Source: Acidimicrobiia bacterium (GTDB taxonomy: Bacteria > Actinomycetota > Acidimicrobiia > Spongiisociales > JAHEDJ01). Taken from it: a DNA stretch of 63,231 nucleotides. Shown one piece after another: positions 58,042-63,231 of this stretch (positions are counted from its first letter, which is position 1; the number at the start of each line of letters is the position of its first letter). The translations under genes were made by a program, and so were the position numbers. The DNA is taken from NCBI GenBank assembly GCA_029210695.1, contig JARGFH010000017.1, positions 1 through 63,231 of the forward strand, written 5' to 3'. The notes beneath the pieces were generated by a model. It ran no database searches. It was not told the DNA's origin and saw nothing but the letters and a program-made list of their open reading frames with translations.

Positions 58042-59364
58042 TGGCGAACCGCCAGGGCATCGTTCCCACATTTCCGCCAGGGCATCGTTCCCACTTTGGA
58101 TGATTCTCCCAATCGATATGGGAGGGTCAGATGGGCGAGTTCGAGTCCGAAGAGGCGCGACGGGCAGAAGCGTTGCGGCTGGTCACCGAGGAAGGCTGGT
58201 CGGTCACGGCTGCAGCCGCGGTAATTGGCCGGTCGCGTCGCTGGCTGTCGAAATGGGCCGCTCGGTTCAACGCCGGTGAGGGACTATCGGAGCGGTCTCG
58301 AGCGTCTTCGACCTCGTTCCAGTCGTCCTCTGGCGAGCTTGTCGATGTGGTGTTGGAGTATCGGCGTCGACTCGAAACCGATCCGGTGTCATCGGTGGGT
58401 GGGTTGTCGATCCTGGCGGCGATGGAACGCGACGGGCTCACCGGGTTGCCGTCGGTGCGGTCGATCGAACGGATCCTCACCCGAGCCGGGATGACCCACC
58501 CGAAAACCAAGAAGACGTCACGGTCGACGGTTCCGATCCTGCCGTTACCCCAGGTCGGTCACCTCCCAGGTGTGTGGCATCAGAGCGACTGGATCCAGGA
58601 TCGCTATCTCGAGGGCGGGATCAGATACAACTCGATCCAACTCGTCGACATGGGATCAGGGGGCGGGATCGCCCGTCAATACCGGCATCGCAGCATGACC
58701 AGCGTGGCCGAGTTCTGGACCCTGTTTGTGCGTCTCTGCCTGTTCTTCGGGACCGAACCGGTCATCTCGCCGCCCCGAGAGCTGGGATGGACCAACGGGG
58801 CGGAGAACTTCAACAACCTCTTCCAAGATCGCACCATCGCCAAACGCCGCTACTCCACTCTTGAGTTGTTGGCCGGCGACACCGACCTGTTCAACCATTG
58901 GGCCAACCATCTCCGGCCCCTCCACCCGCCAGCTGTTGCTGGCACCCGCTACCCGGATGTGCTGGTCGACAACTTCCGTGACACACTCAGATGGCCGCCA
59001 TCGCTGTTCCTCGCCAACCACCAAGACTCCAAAGGCCGTCTTCGGATCCCCCTCACCGACGGGCGGGTCACCTTCCTGCGTCGCGTCCACCAACAAGCCA
59101 TCACCATCGCGCAACACCGCTGGCCGATCGATCTGCCCGACCACCGCCTCGTCGTCGCATCGATCACCACGAGAGACGCCACCCTCACCCTCCGCCACCA
59201 AACCGAAACACTCGCCACCCACACCTACCCGATCCCACACCCCGTCACCAACCCCTACTACCCACCCCACCCCCACAGCATCTACCACCACGCCCAGATG
59301 AGAACGATGCCGTGACGGTATAGACGGTCTACACAGGTGAGAACGATCCCGTGGCGGACTGCCA
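58042..59364 (+). mobile_element. IS481-like insertion sequence, about 1.32 kb
   Basis: TG...CA ends with 28-bp imperfect IRs; a 21-bp motif occurs twice at each end (58049, 58074, 59298, 59337). Confidence 0.8.
58131..59315 (+). CDS. DDE transposase (HTH + rve-like core), probably internally deleted
   Basis: HTH ...KWAARF, PSVRSIERIL, WHQSDW and NGAENFN motifs; the middle-Asp segment appears to be missing. Confidence 0.8.
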   Translation: MGEFESEEARRAEALRLVTEEGWSVTAAAAVIGRSRRWLSKWAARFNAGEGLSERSRASSTSFQSSSGELVDVVLEYRRRLETDPVSSVGGLSILAAMERDGLTGLPSVRSIERILTRAGMTHPKTKKTSRSTVPILPLPQVGHLPGVWHQSDWIQDRYLEGGIRYNSIQLVDMGSGGGIARQYRHRSMTSVAEFWTLFVRLCLFFGTEPVISPPRELGWTNGAENFNNLFQDRTIAKRRYSTLELLAGDTDLFNHWANHLRPLHPPAVAGTRYPDVLVDNFRDTLRWPPSLFLANHQDSKGRLRIPLTDGRVTFLRRVHQQAITIAQHRWPIDLPDHRLVVASITTRDATLTLRHQTETLATHTYPIPHPVTNPYYPPHPHSIYHHAQMRTMP

Positions 59365-59475
59365 CTAGTGGTCCGTCGCGGATTTGGTGACTTGGTCTCC
59401 TGCCGGACGATCCCCGCTGTGGCAGGGTTCGTGGCACTGCCTACCCCGGTCATCAAATAGCAGACAGACCACTAG
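59365..59475 (-). mobile_element. MITE copy 2
   Basis: Exact reverse complement of 16816-16926; abuts the IS right end. Confidence 0.85.
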
Positions 59476-59485
59476 GTACTAGTTG

Positions 59486-59751
59486 GCGTTTCTCCCTCGC
59501 GCAGCGGGGGAGATGCCGAGTCTTCGAGGCAGAGGGGGAGATGCCGAGTCTTCGAGGCAGAGGGGGCACCCAACCAGGGACAAACCGACCCAAGACGAAC
59601 GCCGACCCTCCCGCCTCGCCGGCCAGCAACAGCCGGCCGCCACTCCCCCCACGAAACCGTGAGGGGAGAACCCGCCCACAACACACCGCACAAACTCGCG
59701 TTTCTCCCCCGCGCAGCGGGGGAGATGCCGAGCCTTCGAGGCAGAGGGGGC
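59486..59751. repeat. REP-like cluster (family 2) with a 28-bp tandem duplication
   Basis: Units at 59486 and 59698 resemble the reverse complement of 7396-7450; 59506-59533 equals 59534-59561. Confidence 0.8.
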
Positions 59752-59880
59752 ACCGAAGGCAAGGGCCGTTTCTGCGAGTCGGGTAGGATCTAAGCGAAAG
59801 AGCAGCGAGCCGGAGTATCTCCGATCGAGGACGGACCTCGCAGTTCACGCCGACCTCTGTGCGCTCGAGGCCCATGCGAC

Positions 59881-60228
59881 CTACTCGACGTAGATGGTTC
59901 CGTCCCTTTCGACGACGCGGCCGCGCCGAAGCGGCAGCACCAGGGTCAGGGCTTTGAAGGCGGTGCCCAAGCCGGGGATCCTGGCGAAGATGCCCTGCGG
60001 GCCGCGCACCATCCTGCCGGATTCCACGTTGTACTTGGCACCGTGCCAGGGGCAAACCAGACACCCGGCGTCGTCGATGCTCCCGTGGGCGAGGTCGGCG
60101 TAGAGGTGGCGGCATCGGCGACCGACTGCAAACAAAGCATCGGCGTTGCCGACTGCGTAGGGACCGGCGCCCACCACGGTGCCGGGAGGGAGCTCGGAGG
60201 CCATCCCCACTTCCATTTCGTCGGACAT
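59881..60228 (-). CDS. Rieske [2Fe-2S] ferredoxin-like protein
   Basis: CRH and CPWH motifs; GGAGG RBS. Confidence 0.9.
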   Translation of the reverse strand: MSDEMEVGMASELPPGTVVGAGPYAVGNADALFAVGRRCRHLYADLAHGSIDDAGCLVCPWHGAKYNVESGRMVRGPQGIFARIPGLGTAFKALTLVLPLRRGRVVERDGTIYVE

Positions 60229-60384
60229 GGCTGCGCCTCCTCTGCTGGTTCTTCGTGACACCACGACCCTACCCGGCATCGAGGTAGCCGAAGTCGTCGA
60301 TTCGGATCGAGGCTCCGTTGCGAGTCGAGTGCGATCCGGTCGGCTGCGGGGAATCGGTTCCGGGGACCCGCCGCTCCGCAGCTA

Positions 60385-60912
60385 CTAAATGACCTCGTAT
60401 TCGAGTTGCACCCAGGAATTCTCATACGCGGTTGACCTGACCAGCCGCAGATCGACGTCGGCGTCGAGGTCGCCAAACAGTGGGATGCCTGTCCCGATGA
60501 GGACGGGCAAACGCGTGACGATCATCCGGCGCACGAGACCGGCACGCAAAAAGCTCCGGATGGTTTCGCCTCCATCAACGTAGACATGCTCGATGCCGCG
60601 CCGATCGAGTTCCCCGGCTACGGCCTCCGGCGAGAGTCCCAACGGCTCAACCCGTCCCGGGAATCCCGGAAGAAGTTCGAGCCGGCGATTGGTAAGGACC
60701 AAGACCGGTGTTTCACCGTACGCCCACTCGCCGGTCGTCATCACGAAGTCGAACGTATTGCGGCCCATGACCAGCGCATCGACGGAGGCCATGAAGGCCT
60801 CGAACCCGTAGTCCTCATCGCCCGGGTCGGCCCCGGTCAGCCAGTCGAGTCCACCGTCCTTTCGAGCGATGAACCCGTCGGTGGTGGTCGCGATGAAGAC
60901 GGAAGCACGCAT
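60385..60912 (-). CDS. Dihydrofolate reductase/RibD-C family protein
   Basis: IATTTDGFIA, MGRNTF, YVDGG and P.LIG.GIPLF motifs. Confidence 0.9.
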   Translation of the reverse strand: MRASVFIATTTDGFIARKDGGLDWLTGADPGDEDYGFEAFMASVDALVMGRNTFDFVMTTGEWAYGETPVLVLTNRRLELLPGFPGRVEPLGLSPEAVAGELDRRGIEHVYVDGGETIRSFLRAGLVRRMIVTRLPVLIGTGIPLFGDLDADVDLRLVRSTAYENSWVQLEYEVI

Positions 60913-61067
60913 CAACAACCGACATTAGCGCCAGACGGGTTGGCTCCATCGACTGCAGATGTCCACCGCCTCAATGCCATCTCTGTCACCCACCCGACAA
61001 TACAGGCAGTTGCGCCGGCTGACGGGGTTCTCACCCATGAAAGGTGCATCTACCAAGGAGGTCCACC

Positions 61068-61994
61068 GTGGCCATCACCTTCGACAAGTTGATCCGACCG
61101 GCCGCCGGAACGGATTACCGGCAACCAACCAGGCACCGCAAGCTCGGGCTCGGCATCGCGGTGCTCGGAGTGGCTCTTGCCACGATCACACTCATCGCCA
61201 ACTTCGTGGCAGGCGACCTGCTCGCACAGGGCGAAGAGGCTTCGGGCATCCTCGCCTGGTCCTTTGGGCTGACCACGCTCGCCTTCGGAACGGTCAAGTT
61301 CGGCGTCGCCATCATCCTGGTCGGCATCGTCGTCCGCCTGTGGCTCCGGGTCGAGTCTGTGGAGGCCGCCCTCCCCGACCTGGTCGGGGCCAACCCATCG
61401 ACCGAGATCCGGGCGGGCGAAGTCGACACTGACTACGGAGTGGCAACCGTCGCCGCCGGTAGCTCCAACCCGCTCCCCATCCACAGGATGGCTCGCACGC
61501 TGTGGGCCCCGATGCTGGCCATGGGGGCTATGGCGGTGATAGCCGGGTTCTTCATCTCGCTGGGATGGGCGAATACCGGGGATACAACCGCCGCTGCCTG
61601 GACGCAAGGCCTCCAGTTCCTCGGCGAGGCATTCCTATTGTCCGGCGTGTCGTTCCTGCTGGCATCGATCCTCGGTACCCTCCGGGACGGTGGCGGTCGC
61701 ATCCAGGAGGGGCTCGGCCTGCCCGTCCTCACCCTCAAGATGCCCATGACAGCCAAGCTCTTCATAGCTCTGATGGCGACCGGGCTGATGCTGGGCATCT
61801 TCCAATTCGTTGCCTACCTGGCGCTGGCAGCCAATGGAACAGACGTCGCGGCCGGCTTCGCCTGGCTCGGCCCGATCCGTGAGCTGAGTCTGGGTCTGTT
61901 GCTATCCGGCATCGTTCTAGCACTGGCGACCATCGGCAATGCACTCGGCTTCCAACTCAATCGCCTGCGCGAGATCGTCGCGGCGGGCAGGTAG
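61068..61994 (+). CDS. Uncharacterised ~6-TM membrane protein with three internal repeats
   Basis: AAGGAGG RBS; hydrophobic hairpin repeats; paralogous to the next gene. Confidence 0.8.
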   Translation: MAITFDKLIRPAAGTDYRQPTRHRKLGLGIAVLGVALATITLIANFVAGDLLAQGEEASGILAWSFGLTTLAFGTVKFGVAIILVGIVVRLWLRVESVEAALPDLVGANPSTEIRAGEVDTDYGVATVAAGSSNPLPIHRMARTLWAPMLAMGAMAVIAGFFISLGWANTGDTTAAAWTQGLQFLGEAFLLSGVSFLLASILGTLRDGGGRIQEGLGLPVLTLKMPMTAKLFIALMATGLMLGIFQFVAYLALAANGTDVAAGFAWLGPIRELSLGLLLSGIVLALATIGNALGFQLNRLREIVAAGR

Positions 61995-62003
61995 GAGAAC
62001 CCC

Positions 62004-62648
62004 ATGACCACCACACTCACGACAACCGAATTCAGAATCGATATCACCGACCGGGCGCTGGGGCGCAACCTGCCCCAGGTAGCCGGCAATCGCTTGTGGC
62101 GACCGATGCTGGTGATGGCCTTGATGGCCTTCCCGGCCGGCGTCATCCTGGCCGTCATTCGCTCCAACGCCATCGCAACAGGAAGCGACGCTTCGACGAT
62201 CGCCTCCCTCGGCCACTTCGGACCGGCCGTGATGTTCACCGGCTTCGCCGCGGTGTTCGCCGCGATTTCGTTTGCGATCGCCCGAATCCTCGGCGAGCTC
62301 AGGGTGGGCGGCGGACGGCTGCAGGAGTCGACCGGCGCTCAGGTCGAAACGTTGAAGATGCCGTCAACGGCCCGAGCATTCATCGGACTGATGGCAATGA
62401 GCATGATGATTCTCCTGGCGGCCATCATCGCCCACTTCGTCATCGGCGCCCGGATCGCTGGTGGGAGCGCATCGGCGCTTGCCACCTCCGAGCAATGGGC
62501 GATCTGGCTAGAAGGCATTCGCAGGTTCGGCGTTGCTCTCTATCTGCTCGCCATTGCCTTCGGATTGTCGACCATCATCCATGTGCTGCGATTCCAGTCG
62601 ATCCGGGTGCGTGAACTGCCACAGGAGGCCCACGCACACCACGGATAG
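62004..62648 (+). CDS. Uncharacterised ~4-TM membrane protein, paralog of the previous gene
   Basis: Shares LW.PML.M, ILG.LR.GGG..QE, TLKMP.TA..FI.LM and FQ..R.RE motifs with the previous gene. Confidence 0.8.
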   Translation: MTTTLTTTEFRIDITDRALGRNLPQVAGNRLWRPMLVMALMAFPAGVILAVIRSNAIATGSDASTIASLGHFGPAVMFTGFAAVFAAISFAIARILGELRVGGGRLQESTGAQVETLKMPSTARAFIGLMAMSMMILLAAIIAHFVIGARIAGGSASALATSEQWAIWLEGIRRFGVALYLLAIAFGLSTIIHVLRFQSIRVRELPQEAHAHHG

Positions 62649-62784
62649 CAACCACCGAGAATCCGCAGTCCGTCGAGAGCGGCCGGGCCAGCCGGGGCTC
62701 GGCCGCTCACATTGGCGGCGAATGCTGCAGGTTGTCTACCGTCGTGCCAGAATCCCTCCGACGTCGCGACCCGAGTAGGAGACA

Positions 62785-63159
62785 GTGACCCAACGCATTC
62801 TTGTCATCGACGACGCCCCCGCCACGCTGCGACTCCTCGAGATCGCGCTGGGCCGGGAGGGGTACGAAGTGCTCACCGAGGTCGACGGAGAGTCGGGCCT
62901 GGCCGCCAGCTTCGAGCAGATCCCGGACCTCATCATCCTGGACATCGCTCTGCCCGATCTCGACGGTTGGGAAATCCTCGCACGACTGCGCGACGACGAG
63001 CGGACGACGGAGATTCCGGTACTGATCATGTCGGCGCACGATCACGACGCCATCAGCGGGAGGGCCGACGTCACCAACGCCTCTGCTTTCATCGGCAAAC
63101 CGTTCGCTCCCGCCCACCTTCGCACGCAGGTACGACGTCTGCTCGATCTCGACGCCTAA
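62785..63159 (+). CDS. Single-domain response regulator
   Basis: ILVIDD, LDIALP.LDG, SA and KPF motifs. Confidence 0.9.
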   Translation: MTQRILVIDDAPATLRLLEIALGREGYEVLTEVDGESGLAASFEQIPDLIILDIALPDLDGWEILARLRDDERTTEIPVLIMSAHDHDAISGRADVTNASAFIGKPFAPAHLRTQVRRLLDLDA

Positions 63160-63231
63160 TGGGGGTCTACGGGGCTTCTGCGGTTGTGGGAGTCTTGTGG
63201 CTGAGCCTGCTGGCCGGTGAGCACTGCCGGC

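Noticed and set aside
59506..59567. Possible CRISPR array (28-bp repeats)
   Set aside because: The repeats are directly adjacent with no spacers, no cas genes are present, and they belong to the REP-like family.
61000..61060. Fluoride-type riboswitch before the membrane protein pair
   Set aside because: Only superficial resemblance; the pseudoknot partner motif was not found.

Overview
High-GC bacterial chromosome segment. Gene content and the tRNA-Ala(CGC)/sepX/moa/moeA/galU/fmdB/SAF order point to Actinomycetota, probably Acidimicrobiia (inference). It opens with a collapsed integrative element at tRNA-Ala: an IS21-type end, a relaxase remnant and an integrase remnant. Most of the rest is housekeeping and signalling genes (Moco, galU, plsY, uppP, acnA, orn, rlmN, infA, histidine kinases), a 12-kb TetR/ABC/acyl-CoA catabolic operon and an IS481-like element. 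The best candidate for an undescribed system is at 26.1-30.4 kb. There, an unannotated 29-aa secreted-type peptide (MKAKVARFIAIASSLSALIVAGAASFKVG) heads an operon of two membrane HD-GYP proteins, one near-intact and one degenerate. The operon is flanked by a DUF5317 membrane protein with an LspA-like two-Asp pattern and by a conserved hypothetical, suggesting a peptide-signal to c-di-GMP circuit. Other highlights: four exactly 50-bp palindromes, two of them bracketing an AbiEi/DUF559 nuclease gene; two identical 111-bp MITE copies; a rare GT78 mannosylglycerate synthase coupled to glycerate kinase; an inverted-architecture kinase; sigma28/WhiG-like promoters; a bacterial translin; and a pair of internally repeated paralogous membrane proteins. 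All calls come from reading motifs by eye. No database searches were run.
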